The notes under the pieces are model-generated. The model did not search any database and was not told where the DNA came from. It worked only from the letters and a program-made list of their open reading frames with translations. A stretch of DNA of 58,154 nucleotides, counting the filler, from Basidiobolus ranarum (lineage: Eukaryota): NCBI GenBank assembly GCA_040143965.1. It is 2 parts of 2 records of this genome, joined end to end, with 100 filler letters (N's around TTAATTAATTAA, not from the genome) between each part and the next. Parts side by side here need not be neighbours in the genome. Positions count along the whole stretch, not along the records: positions 29,155 to 58,154 come from JASJQH010006984.1; 1 more part is not named here. One strand, given 5' to 3'. Positions within the stretch are counted from its first letter, which is position 1. Each line of letters starts with the position of its first letter. Of this stretch, positions 34,898 to 49,000 are shown piece by piece. A program made the translations under genes and the position numbers.

Positions 34898-35545
34898 ATG
34901 AGATTCTTCAAGTCAATTCTTTTTGCTGCTGGTCTTGTAGGTATTGCATCTGCTTGTGAAAACGAGTGTCGTCAAGCTGCTGATCGTGACTTTATTATCA
35001 AGTACACTCCTCTTGTTGCTGACTTATTTGACACCTTTGAAAGCCGTGTTAAAAGCACCTTTTCCTACGAAGTACGCACACACATTGCTTTAGAAGCCAA
35101 CCTCAAAAATGCTTTTTTCAAATCCAAGGAAGGTTTGATGGAAAAGATGCACAGTATCATGGATTATGGTATTTTTGGCAAATATCACGCTAGATGCTAT
35201 AAGGTGGACACCCCCGGATGCCCCAACTACTACTGCGAGGAAGTATGTGGCTCTCCTGGATCAATCATCTACTATTTAGACGATGTTCTCCAGCGTACTC
35301 GTCAAGGAGTCATTGACGCAATCAAGAATGATTCCAAAGAAGGTGGTAAATATGATACACTCATCTGGGCCGCTGTAACCAAAATCCTTGGTAAAGATGT
35401 CCCCAAAGCTCAGCTAGATAAACTTCGCTTGGACTACTTGAAGGATTTAGAAGATTTCGGTAAAAGTACTGATGAATTGTGTGAACAAGAATGTTGGACA
35501 AAATGGACTCCTGAACTCGTCTACTTGCTTCAAGGCTATGATTAA
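34898..35545 (+). CDS. Small secreted Cys-rich protein (8 Cys), intronless
   Basis: Signal peptide MRFFKSILFAAGLVGIASA; CENEC, YHARC...PGCPNYYCEEVCGSPGSI, LCEQEC; TATAAAA near 34789. Confidence 0.85.
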   Translation: MRFFKSILFAAGLVGIASACENECRQAADRDFIIKYTPLVADLFDTFESRVKSTFSYEVRTHIALEANLKNAFFKSKEGLMEKMHSIMDYGIFGKYHARCYKVDTPGCPNYYCEEVCGSPGSIIYYLDDVLQRTRQGVIDAIKNDSKEGGKYDTLIWAAVTKILGKDVPKAQLDKLRLDYLKDLEDFGKSTDELCEQECWTKWTPELVYLLQGYD

Positions 35546-36300
35546 GCTACTCCTATCCGCATAGCATATTTTTGACAAAATATTTTCAGTGCACTCCCAT
35601 TTTGACACTCATCCCATTTAGATCTCAGGCGTAGGCAGGCGACGACTAATTCAAGTGATCTATATATCATCATAAATGCTTAATGTACAACCATCCTTAT
35701 TGTAATTAGAATTAAATAAAAACTTCAGTTCTATAAATAGTCAAATGCTTCTTCTTCATTTTCCCACCACGACCAATCATTTGTGGTACGTTAACCTCAT
35801 GATTGGGGTAGTGTTATGGTGGGGGGATAGGTTAGTCTGGACAGATTTATCCAGCCATGACTCAGCAGGATCCGAGGCCGGTAGTATTTTAATCGAAGGT
35901 ATGCTTAGTTAGGGTTAATTTATTAATGAAATAACACTTTTGCCTAGTATAGGTTCAGTTGGTTTGGGTCATTTGCCTCTTTTCCCATCTTGGAGGTTAT
36001 TGGTTTCAAAGTGAAAAGAATGTTAATCCCTATATTTAATTCATTCCTAGGATTGGCTTCTGCTTGACCCACAATTATTAGTATGTAAAGCAACCTTTAA
36101 CTCCTTCATGATGATGCTGGTAGATTCCACGAACATGCTCACTAAAATAACTGTGTTTCTTAGAAACCAAAAATTGGATAAAATTGGTTTGGAGCGGAGA
36201 AAACATCTAAAAATTCCAAATCTAATAATATTGTCAAGATCTATTTTGGGTTCTTTTTAGGACTAGGGTTATGTTAAGTTAGTTAAATATAATCCGAATG

Positions 36301-36363
36301 ATTTAAGGGTTAGGGCTAGTATTTTAAGGGTTAGGGCTAGTATTTTAAGGGTTAGGGCTAGTA
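36301..36363 (+). repeat. 21-bp x3 minisatellite containing telomere-type TTAGGG
   Basis: (T/A)TTTAAGGGTTAGGGCTAGTA x3. Confidence 0.9.
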
Positions 36364-37106
36364 ATTTCTTTCTTAGATCGGCATGAAAGATCTTTTACTG
36401 CCAACAAAAAGGGTAAATCTCTTAGTTCCCGAGATCTCTAACATGTACTGATTGATTTACCAGAGTTCAATGATGCAGCAAAATCAAAAACCGAGCTTGA
36501 ACTAGTGACACCATCATTGTAACATTGTGAGGTCTTGGCTCCTTGCTATGTCATGTTTTTGATGAATCCTGAGCTGACGTAAGAAGCAAATTGTCGTTCT
36601 TTTTTTCACTCGACCTGCTTCATTTCATGTAAGCCGTTCAGCCATACGGCTACGAATCTGGTTATTTACCGTAGTATAGACATATGGAGATTAATGATGC
36701 GTGATCGCTCATGTAGGGAGAATATTTCATCTAGATTAGCCGGGGGTTCATCAACCATAGGTTTGATGATTAACATCAGCCATTTTAACTCAGTATTGGA
36801 TGACTGATTAAGAGATTCATGTGGAAATCAGCTACCATTTAGCCGAATGCGACGGTGATATGGGTAATTAGTAATATCATAAATTGACAGTTCATTATAT
36901 GTTACTTATATATGGAGAATTACTAATCTTTTTTTCCGCAGAACCCTTAAACCAATCTGGAAATTTATAAAAGTGGGCAGTAGACCGTAGCTGTCTCGAT
37001 ATTTTACTACACTTTCAAACTTCTTGGTGAATCCAAGTATTGGGACTAAATTGATTATATTTTCATTGAATTTCAACCCATTTATTCATTGATATTCACA
37101 CTACAA

Positions 37107-38380
37107 ATGCTCAGCACAGTCCCATTAAACGTAGTGGAAACCCCAAGTCTAGACCAAGCGGTGCATAATTTTATTCAACCATTCCCAGTCACCCACAAAG
37201 TTGCCACACATGAGTCCGTGCAGAAATTCCTTCCACTCTCACAGCCATCCTCTTCTCTTTCTTTGGATAGCTTAACTACGTGTTCTTCAACTCATTCTTC
37301 TTCAACCTTCAACTCTGAACGTGACTATTTCTCGGTAGATCTTACCAAAGTTCCTAGTCGTTTTGTATTTGCCGATATAAAGACACAAACTGCGAGTCCT
37401 ACCAAGAAGCATCGGTTTAGTTTATTTTCAAGCTTAAAAAAAGTGTTATACCAAAAGAAAAAGGTTTTTCCACTTGTTGATGCTCTCGAGAAAAGACAGG
37501 GTCCTCTACTCAAGGATTGCTATGGTCCATTCGTTGATAATATCGGCTCTGGTAACGGTGGTAGCGTTCAACTTGCTCATAAAGAAACAAGCAATCAGGT
37601 ATGTTTACTCTGTATTTTGCTTGCTTAACGATAGACACTAACCTTGACCAATTTTCACAGAGATATGCAGTGAAAAGTTTCCGACAGCGCTTTCCAGAGG
37701 AGAATGAAGCTCGCTACTATGAATGGTTAAGCAACGAGATATTTATCACTGCCTCTGTTCAACACCCAAACATCGTTGATATTTATGACGTTGTACTTGA
37801 AGAAGGGGAGATCCATCAGGTTATGGAGTATTGCCCCACAGATCTATTTCAAATTGTTACTTCGGGTGAGATAACCGTTGAGTTAGCCGGGAGATATTTT
37901 ATTCAGCTCATACGCGGTTTGTCTTACCTTCATGGTCGCGGGTTTGGTCATCGCGATTTAAAATTGGAGAACATATGCGTCAATGAGGATGGTGACGTCA
38001 AGATCATCGATTTCGGATGTGCGGTCGTGTTTAAAACATTTGGTTATGATCCAAAATTAGTTCAGGATGTTTGTGGCTCTGACCCATACATTGCTCCGGA
38101 GATTTTTGATGGTGAGGCTTATGATGTCAGAAAATCCGACATCTGGTCAGCCGCGATTGTTTACATCACCATGATTTTACGCAAGTCTCCTTGGGATATT
38201 GCTAGATCGAGCGATAAATCCTACAAGTTATATTTGGAGCACAGAAAGACTGGTCGCTTTTTCAATAAGATTCCCTCGGCGGCCGCCACCATTCTGAAGA
38301 AAATGTTGGAGCCTAATCCTAGCATGCGTGCATCAATGGATGAAATTTTGGCCGACAGCTGGATTCAAAGTCTTAATTAA
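37107..38380 (+). CDS. HAL4/HAL5/NPR/HRK-family Ser/Thr protein kinase, 2 exons
   Basis: IGSGNGGSV, YAVKSF, HRDLKLEN, IIDFG, CGSDPYIAPE, DIWS; intron 37599-37660; Ser-rich N-terminus. Confidence 0.92.
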
Positions 38381-38818
38381 GCAGTTTTCCTGTATTTATG
38401 ACTCCTTTGTATATAGTTGACATATATCACTTCAGTAGCCATTTCATTTGGCTTTTTTTGTTCATTCCATTGTATTATTTTCTCTACTTCTACCTGCCCT
38501 GCCCATGCACATTTTCATGTATATAGCTAGACGGGGCATCGATTTTCTATGAATAAATATTATCCAGCATCGTAAGTACAGGCTTGTAATTCGTTATTGT
38601 TTTCTACTGGATATATCAGTCAGCAAATATGTCCTATCTGACTTGGAGTGTATTCACTTTATTGTTTAGCAATTGAGCTTACATATGAATGTTGTGCTAT
38701 CGGCTTCAAGAGTTGACATCATCTTACGAGCTATATAAACACGTAGAACAAGTGGTGCATGGTATAAATGAGAACGAAATATTATTCACAAGTGTGCTGC
38801 TGTCTACACACTATTGTA

Positions 38819-39273
38819 CTATTTGGCTTTCTTTACGGCAGGTAACCAATTGAGTGGATTTTTGTTATACATAGGCCAAGGAGGAACAACCAACTGTGGC
38901 AACAAGGGTAAACGTTATGAGACATGTTATAGATGACATCAAATGAAAATATGTAAATGCGACTTACCAAAAGAGTAAGTAGAATTCCAGCTCCAAATAC
39001 CTCAAGCATGATGATGTGAGATTGAGATAAATAACCCGCAATGAAAGCAACCACCTATTTTCGAGAATTTATTACACTTACTATTAATAAACATATCTTT
39101 GAAGAATGATAATTAGTAAAAATAACAAACCGCAGAGATTACTAGAACGCTTTGGTATAGTTGATCAGCAAGTTTTTGACCAGAAAAATCCTATATATGT
39201 TGAAATCATTAGCTTCAAGTGGTTTTTATCAAAGTCAATAAAGTTGGTGAATTACAATTCTTCCTTCAAACAT
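38819..39273 (-). CDS. SPC1: Signal peptidase complex subunit 1 (SPC12 family), 4 exons
   Basis: Spliced: MFEGRI/DFSGQKLADQLYQSVLVISA/VVAFIAGYLSQS...ILLTLL/LVVPPWPMYNKNPLNWLP; characteristic DF.GQ and VPPWP.Y...P..WL motifs. Confidence 0.9.
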
Positions 39274-40003
39274 CTTGATTACTTTCAAAAAGTAGAAAGG
39301 AAAGAGTGGTATATTCTGTTTCGTGACTTGGTTTAAAGTATTTCAAGAATAATCGAATCTTATTTATCATTGTATGATACTACGCTTGATGTGACGTGGG
39401 CAACTTAGATTTGATGGAAGCAAATATTGATGGGTGATTTTGTTAGCCTATGTTATATTTCTTTCATGGGGCTCACAATTGTCGGATGCACATGTAAAAA
39501 TAATCAAACAATATGACTTTTTGAATAATAAATAAGTAAAGTTACTGTTGGTGCAAACTAGTCTCGGTTTAAGCAGTTTTGGGGGCCGGTGTTTAGAGTT
39601 AGCGCTTTCTGCTTAATCATATTCCATTTTCTTTCGATTATGACATTTCATAGGGATGGATGAAAATTATTGAAGTATATTCATACATGATTTGTTGATC
39701 GTTTAGTCAATTCGATTCAATTTTGCATCAAATACTATCAAGTAATAACTTTAGCTGGGTAAACTTTGGACTTCCGAGACTGGTCACTTGCAGCTTATAT
39801 AAACGCGAGCGCGAACGGCGCCAAGTCCATTACATTTGTTTACCCTTTATATTTAAAGTTAGCGAAGTGAATAACCGTTAACTCTTCAAATCATTGATAA
39901 AGACCTCTTATTTTTTTCAATATTTGATCCCCTTTTTGGATAAAGATTGTTATTTTTAAAGTTAATAATTGATCTTGTACACCGTTGTCGCCGTTAATAC
40001 AAA

Positions 40004-43000
40004 ATGGCTCCTCCTGGAGTTCTCAACTGTGAGGTCTATGCGACTCGCCTTGCAGATCCCAACCTAGGTTCTCATTTTATATCGCAAACCCAAGATTCAA
40101 TTTAGTTAACACTTATTTATGTTCCACCAGATGTTAAACTCAAAGTAACTATCGCTTTAGAGTTGCGTGATTCAGTCGAAATATTTCAATCTGTAGAATA
40201 TCCACGATTTTTGTCGGTCTTAATGAAAGTATTTTCCGATATTCTCACCAAAGGAACACCAGTTTTTATTAGCAATGCACCCGAGCAGGTAAGACGAGAG
40301 AATTGTTCACAAAGATAGACTTTCCATTCACCACCTTTATTTCCTTTTCCATTTAGAAATTGAGAAATACTATTCTGGAGATTATCCATCGATTCCCACA
40401 GAACGACGCTTTACGAAGTTATGCTCCGGACCTTCTAAAAATGTTATTGGTCTTACTTCGCATCGAAAACGAAGATAATGCACTTGTATGTCTCAAAGTC
40501 ATTATAGACCTTCATCGAAGTTATAAGAATATACTAGAGGATCAAGTAAAGCCTATTCTTGATTTAGTTCAAGAGATGTACAAAAATATGGAGCAAACAG
40601 TTGCTGATTTCTTTGATTCTCCTGGAACTCCATTCGGAACTGTAATATATGCTAGCATCTATCAACGTAGCTTAACAAATGTTAATCGATATATAACTCA
40701 TCTTTATAGGGAAGCTCACTATCTTTGACATCTCCAAGACCCACCTCTCCCGCTTCTGATATCTCAGAAGTCCCACAAAAAATTCTACCCAAGAGTCTTA
40801 ACAGTTTCAAAGTGCTGACGGAATGCCCTATAATAGTTGTGCTACTATTCCAGTCATATCGAACTTATATACCAACATACGTTCAGATATTCATCCCATT
40901 AATTGTCAACGTACGTGAGAGAGCTTTGACTACATCTGGATGCGTTTATTCGTATCGAATTTCTAACTTGGAATCATGTTCATAGGCACTCAGTCTCCAG
41001 GCTAGACCGCAGGCGGAGGCGCATGCCGCTGCAAGTGCTAAAGGCGAGGTGTTTATAGGGGTTAGCCCGATCATTAAAAATAGAGCGGCATATTCCGAAT
41101 TCATTGCTTCACAAGTCAAGGTATTTGATAGAGACATAGCATAATAATAAGAGCTATAATTTTGAACATTATTTTCTAGACCATGTCACTCGTGGCTTAC
41201 TTTTTAAGAGGATATCCTGCTGCAGTTCGACCTTTTCAAACAAAAATCCCTGATTGCTTAATCCGCTTGTTGAGTGATTGTCCTCCTGAGGCATCTGCTA
41301 CGAGAAAGGTTTGTTCACTCTAAATGTATCTCGGATAGTAGAATGTTACTAAGCCTAGAATAGGAGCTTCTAGTGGCGACTAGACACATCTTGTCTACAG
41401 AATTCAGAACTGCATTTGTGAGTAAAATTGACATATTGCTGAATGAAAAAGTCTTAGTTGGAACCGGCGTCACATCCCACGAAACATTAAGGTATCTTTC
41501 TCTCAGTCCTACCCACAAGTCACTAGTTGTCAATTGATTTCTAAACATCCTTTGATTTCATAGACCATTGGCGTATAGCATGCTTGCTGACCTGATTCAC
41601 CATGTCCGAGCTGAACTCACTACTGCGCAGATTTCGCGTGCTATCTACATTTATTCTCGAAATTTACATGATCCAACACTTCCATCTAGTATTCAAGGAA
41701 TTTGTGCTAAGCTGCTACTTAATTTGATTGACTGTATTATCAGTATGCCAAATAAGACTGAAGGTCAGAATGCTTGACGTCCATTGTTATTGCCTGAACG
41801 CAAACTTATCTCCTTTATTCATGCGCAAATAGGTCGAAGCTTGCTTATTAAGATTTTGGATACTTTCACTAACAAATTCTGCGCACTTAACCTATCGTTC
41901 CCTGAAGTCCTAAAGCAATTCAACAAAAAGAAATCGGGGGCCTCGGATAGTCTTTCAACCAACGAAGACATCGATTTTGATCGACTTCGCCCAATCCCCA
42001 ATATGGGTGTGTCGAATGATTCCACTAATGACCCTGTGAAAGGTTTGTTGGCTAATGCTTAGTGATACTCCACAGTTCCATTGTCATTAATCAGCACGGT
42101 TTTAGACGGCAGATTCATATTTAGAAGTTTGATATCTGGTCTCAAGACTATCATGTATGGATTGCGACAGTGTAATCCAGCTAGTAGCGCTACTACTCAA
42201 GATGGCCAAGAAAGTAATTCGGTCGCACGGGGATTTTCGCAAGAGGAGGTGAACATTTTTATCAGGTTGCTGAAGGAAGGTGTGCAATGCTTCGACTATT
42301 ACAACATCGATAACATTAGTGCGGAGTCTCTGCCCAAGGTGCTTGATTCTAGGATTGGACCAAGTTCCAAAGAAGAGAAGGATTTGTTGGATCAATTTGC
42401 CAATGTGTTTGTTCAGATTGATTTGGCAGTATTTCAAGAGGTTTTCACGTCCCAGATGGGTTTCCTGTTTGACCAAATACTTGTGAACCCGTCTATCCTC
42501 GAAATTCCACAGTTCTTCCTCTCCAATGATTCAGTAACTCAAAATTTCTCTGGTGTTTTATTACGCTTTCTGGTCGATCGCTTCGAAAAGCTAGGAGGTC
42601 CCGATAAACTTTGTGCGTCAGTAATATTACGATTGTTCAAGATGACCTTTGTTGCCTTGACGAATTTCCCCGACACTAACGAAAGCATCCTTCAACCTCA
42701 TATCGGAAATATTATCATATCATCTATGAAGCTATCCACTAAAGCCAAGGAGCCGATCAATTATTTTCTGCTGCTTCGAGCTCTATTCCGTCATATTGCT
42801 GGTGGCAGATATGAGTTGCTTTATAAAGAGGTTCTGCCTCTTTTACAAGTACTATTTGAAGGATTAAATTCTTTGCTATCCTTGGCTCACAAAGACCACA
42901 TGCGTGATCTTTTTGTCGAATTGTGCCTTACCGTCCCGGTTAGATTAAGTGTTCTATTGCCTTATCTGTCGTTTCTTATGAAGCCGTTGGTATTGGCTCT

Positions 43001-46000
43001 TCAGTCAGGGCCTGATCTTGCTGCGCAAGGGCTTAGAACCTTGGAGCTGTGTATTGATAACCTCACTCAAGAGTTTCTCGACCCCATTATAGCTCCTGTG
43101 ATGAACGAGTTGATGTCAGCCTTGTGGAAGCACTTGAAACCATTTCCTAGCAATCAAAGCAATGGGCATATCGCAATGCGAATTTTGGGAAAGCTTGGTG
43201 GAAGAAATCGACGTATGCTTAAAGAAGCACCACAGCTTTCCTACCATGAATGTACCGAGAGTGGTGTAGATATACAACTTTATATGGAGCCAATAACTAC
43301 TTCGCAAGTCATTCCTTTGGATAGTTGTCTGAAGCTTGCTACCCAAGTACTCCAGGATTCCAATAGTTCTATCTATTATCAAACTCAGTCATTCCTCTTT
43401 ATCCGTAGTTGTATTGCTTTATTGGTGAATCTAGACGAATGCCACGAAAACTTACCAGAGATAATCTCTCAAGGTGTAAAATATGTATCAGAAAATCACA
43501 CCAACGATGTTACTACGGAGTCCAAAATTCTGGATATTAATGGGGATCAATCGGCTGTTAAAAAGTCTCAACAAGATCATATTAGTAAAGGTAGCGCGAA
43601 AAAGAAAGTTGTGCAAGAAAGTACCCTCCAGACTGCCATTGTTTCGCTGTTTGCGGCTGCTGTCATACCCGAATTGAGCTTGGAAGCTCAACCCTTCTTG
43701 GAAAAGCTTTGCCGCCATTTCGCACTCTTACAGGTGATTGAGGGATTATCACAATTTGAAAAACAAGGAAAGATATTAGCGACAAGCATGAATGTGGAAT
43801 CTGATTTAGATAGTAACATTATTGTGGAAGCTATAGTAGAAGTTATGACATCAGAAAATAGTCAACTTCGCAAGCTTGCCGAAAATTCTCTTCAAGCAGT
43901 CTATGACACTTGTGTTACAGCATTAGGTGGAAAAGAATTTGTTGGCAAGCTCCCGGTTTTCCATATCTTTGCCTCCAATTTCTGTTCTTGTTGTTACAAA
44001 CAAGAATGGTACAAAAAGAGTGGTGGCTGTCTCGGTATTTCCATTCTTAGCTCGCAGCTTGATATGGGAACTCGTTGGATGCTAGAACATGAATTAGAGT
44101 TCGTCAAATCGCTATTATACATACTTAAGGATATGTCACCAGAGCTGGCTACTGGAAATATAGAGGATGCCACTCAGACGTTATCCCATGTCCTTAAAGT
44201 TTGTAATCGCCCAGAGGATAACGAAGAATCCCAGGAACAACAAACGAAGTTCAACAACCTCATAGGACTCCTGATATCCGAGCTTTCCAACCCTAACAGT
44301 GCTGTGCGTGAGACTATTCAATCATCATTTCAACTCCTTGCTGATCTAACTGGAAGTGAGGTTACTGAGCTCTTGTCACCTGTTCGTGAGCGATTGTTGT
44401 TTCCTATCTTTACCAAGCCACTTCGCGCATTACCCTTCGCTATGCAAATCGGAAACATCGATGCTATAACATATTGTCTTTCTCTTCGACCTCCTTTCCT
44501 TGAGGTTAATGACGAACTTATTAGACTCCTACATGAAGCTTTAGCATTAGCAGATGCTGAGGACCAAGCACTGGTCAGTCGACCTACGCAGCACAAAAAC
44601 GCTTCATCACTTACCAATCTTCGTATTGTTTGCATCAAGTTGCTTTCTGCGGCAATGGCATGCTCAGATTTCTGTTCTCCTCGACAAAATACAACCCGAG
44701 CCCGAATCATATCTGTCTTTTTCAAGTCTCTCTATTCAAAGTCACCTGAAGTTGTAGAGGTAGCGAACAAAGGGTTGAAGCAGGTGTTAGCTCAGCAGCA
44801 TAAGCTTCCTAAGGATTTGTTGCAAGCAGGACTTAGACCCATTCTTATGAATTTGTCTGATCATAAGAGGCTGTCTGTAGCAGCACTTGAAGGGTTGGCC
44901 CGTCTTCTAGAGCTTTTGACTAATTATTTCAAGGTTGAGATTGGTAAGAAATTACTGGATCATTTAAGGTCCTGGGCCGATCCTAATATGCTACAAGAAG
45001 CTGCTTCAAAGCCACTCAGTGAGAATCATGACATCAAGATTATTGTTGCCATTCTTGACGTTTTCTTTCTCCTTCCAGCTACGGCAAATATTTTCTTGAA
45101 CGATTTGGTTACAGTGACTCTAGAGTCTGAAGCACATTTACGACGCTCTATCTCCAGTCCATTCCGTAAACCTCTTATCAAGTTTCTGAATCGTTATGCT
45201 ACCGAGGCGATCGACTATTTTTACGAAAGACTAGCTGATGAGAACTATAGCTGTTTGTTCATTAGTATCTTAAATATGGAAAATGCCTCGGTACTAAGAA
45301 TGGAGGTCATGAAGAATACTGAAAAATTGATCGATAAAATATCTCCTCAGAATCTACAGACCCCTAACCTGAATGAAGCTCAATTCCAATGCATTCTGAT
45401 AGTTAAGGCTATTGGAAACTATCATCCAGAATGGCTCGGTCAGAATCGAACCATCTTTGATGCGCTGCTCAAGTTGTGGCGTTCTCCCGGGAGACACCAA
45501 AGACTCAATCAAGAGGAGAGTCTAAGTCTTTCCCATTTGCGAGAAACCCTCTATTTATGCGAAGTTTTCATCAACTACTTGAAGAAAGAGCCTATGGAGG
45601 TGGATCTTTTGTTTGAACTCGTTCAGGTGTTTGTTGCGGAAAGTGTGATCGATTTCACATTCTTGAAGCGATTCTTTTATGAAGATGTTGCTCTCAAGTA
45701 CACCCCGTTACAGAAGAAAGCAATCTTCACTAAATTCCTGTCCTTGTTTGATGATATCTCTACTACTTCGGGGCTCAAGACCCAAGCACTGAAAATGGTT
45801 ATTAATCCTATGTTGCTCGTAGCCTTCACCCGAAATGAATACTCTGAAATTATTGACGAAGCAATGATCGAGCAAATCCATACTAAAATATGGCATCCTC
45901 TCTCGCTGGAATCACCAGAAGAGTGTCACCATTCAGGGGATTTTCTGAAAATTGAACTACTTCAAATGACCACTCTCATTATTCAATACGCGTCACAACT

Positions 46001-49000
46001 GATTACTGATGCTCGCAAAGATGTCATTAAATTTGGCTGGAATTTCTTGAAATTAGACGACATTACGGCCAAGCAAGCTGCATACCTCTTGATCGCTCGA
46101 TTTATTGCTGCCTATGAGACTCCCAGCAAGATCATTATTCAGATATACGTCGCTCTGCTCAAAGCCCATCAATCAGAGGCCCGGTCTCTTGTCCGACAGG
46201 CCCTGGATATCGTTACACCTGTCCTTCCAAAACGGATTCAAAACAGTGCCAGCGATCAGAAATTTCCTACATGGGCTCGTTGGACAAAGAGAGTTCTTGT
46301 TGAGGAGGGGCAGAGTGTCTCGCAACTAGTGAATGTCTATCAACTGTTGGTGAGACATCCTGATCTCTTTTATGATAGTCGTGAGCATTTCCTTCCTCAA
46401 ATTGTTAATACCTTAGCCAAATTAGGACTTCTACAAAACTCAACCACCGAAACTAAGACATTAACGGTAGATCTTGCAGAGTTAATCCTCAAATGGGAAA
46501 GAAAGGCCCTATCTGTCCAATCCAATGACCCACTTACTTCAGATAATGAAAATGCGTTTGGTAAACGTCCTCTGGAGCAAGATAATGAAGGGTCATCCCA
46601 AAAGCGTATTCAAGTTGAACAATCTGTCGGCGCAGATGTAAAATCACAGGCTGGAGATAATGCTGCCAAGGAATATACGCTCAATTCTGGTTTACGAGAA
46701 AGCGTTATTAGTTATCTCATTCGCTTCACATGTTCATCTAGTGAGCCTGTCTCGAAGAAGGGTCTCACCTCACGCACTGCAGATCTAATTAGAGAGTTCA
46801 TCAGTCCTCAGCTATGGTCCGAAGTCCACATTAAACTGGGCTACTTCGAACGAACATTAGTTCAGATGGAATATTCGGAGGCTAACCTGCCATCGATATG
46901 CAATGCTCTAGAGGTTTTAGATGTTACAATAGGCGGGAAACCAGACGACTGGTTCTGTCTCAACATAGGTCAACTACACGCTTTGCTGGAGAAATGTATC
47001 AAAAGTGAAAACACCAAAGTCATGACGAATCTAGAGCCAATACTTGTTAGAATATATCAAGCAGTTCCTAATAACGAAGAGGCAACTGAGGAGACCAACG
47101 CTTTTACTGCCACTATTGAACTGATTGTGCAGGATGGTTTGCAAAATTTGACCAATCTGTTTTCGGCATTGACCTTGTTAAGTGCATCGAGCGCTAATCG
47201 TCCTGAAGTCATTGATAATTTCATCCCTGCTCTTGGAAAACTTATCCTGAAGCTGACTAAAGATCACATTTCACTTCAAAATGGCGCAGCACCAGGCACG
47301 CCATCCAGCGATCCTTCCCTTACTATTCTCATAATGTCATTGAAGTTGATGAAGTTGAGGATCTCACATCTAGGGGATCAAAGACGCTGGTACCTTACTT
47401 CTCTTATACAGTTGATAGAGAAAAGTTCGGACAATGAGTTATCTAGAGCGATTCTTGACATGGTTACTGAGTGGGTGCAAGATAAGGCCGAGGCTTTCCC
47501 TACCATGAAAGAGAAGGCTAACCTTATGGTTACTATGATGTGCTTTGAAAACCGAACAGACAAAGCATTAGTAGAAGACTATCTTAAATTAGTAGTTAGT
47601 ATATACAACGATCCTACTTTTGCTCGCTCCGAACTTACTGTTAGACTGGAGCAAGCATTCTTGTTCGGAGCAAGAGTGGAGAATCCTACTCTTCATAACC
47701 AATTCTCAGCAATCTTCGATCGTAGCATTGCAAAATCCCTCTATACTCGTTTGAACTATGTTCTCGGAATTCAAAATTGGGAATACCTTGCCTCTAAATT
47801 CTGGATCCAGCAAGCACTTGATATTTTACTGGGGATTGTGGCACCCAAAAAATCGCTCACTCCTGCACCACATAGTATGCAGACTACATCCCTCAAATCT
47901 AGCATTACCAAGCTATCGTATCAAGTGGATGGCGTTTCAAGTTTGGCTACTCAAGAACTTAAAGATATGATTGAGCAGCACAATGAATTTCTTAAAGAAA
48001 CTCGGAAACTTAGATCGGAGGACATCGTTGCTCCTTTGAGGCAGCTACTCCATCTTGATGTTAATGTAACTTTCAAGTTGTGGATTGATATATTTCCGTT
48101 GTGTTGGGCTTCACTGACCTCTGATGAACGCAATGAATTATCCAAGTCACTGATCACTCTTTTAGCTAAAAGTTATCATACAAAACAAATGGATGTACGT
48201 CCCAATGTCATCCAAGCTCTTCTTGAGAGTATCTTAAGATGTTCGCCGTCACTTTTGCTGCCACCTCAACTGATCAAATATTTAGGGAAAACTTACAATG
48301 CCTGGCATGTAGCTATCGAGATCCTTCAAAAGTCTTTGCATGATGTTACTTTGGTAGACTCTTCCGGAGCCAAAGATAATGAGAAACTTCGTGAAAGTAC
48401 TTTAGATGCGATTGCTGAGCTTTATGCCACGCTCTCGGAGGATGATATGTACTTCGGTCTCTGGAAACGTCGTTGCTTGTATCCAGAAACTATCGCGGCA
48501 ATTTCTTACGAACAGATGGGAATGTGGGCTCAAGCTCAAGCCATGTACGAAAATGCGCAATCAAAAGCTAGAACAGGAGCACTTGCATTTAGCGAGTCCG
48601 AGTATTATCTTTGGGAAGATCACTGGATTACTTGCACTCAAAAACTCCAGCAATGGGATATTTTAGGCGATCTTGCTAAGCATGATAACAATTACGATTT
48701 GTTACTTGATTGCGCTTGGCGTACTAGCGATTGGACAGCAGAACGTGACGCCGTGGAAAAGATCTTACAATCTACTCCGGATACTGCTTCTCCACGTAGA
48801 CGAGTCTTTGACGCTTTTCTTGTTCTGTCAGGCTCAGAGGAAAATGTGGATGTGAAAACCGCCGAATTTCAAAGATTATGCGATGAAGGGATTCAAGCAT
48901 CTCTTAAAAAATGGCATTTCTTACCCGACATTGTATCAAGCTCTCACATCCCATTGTTGCAGATATTCCAACAATTTGTTGAACTTCAAGAAGCTAGTCA

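Noticed and set aside
28934-36363. Short direct repeats as a CRISPR-like array
   Set aside because: Units are head-to-tail without unique spacers, unrelated to each other, and in a eukaryotic context with no cas genes.
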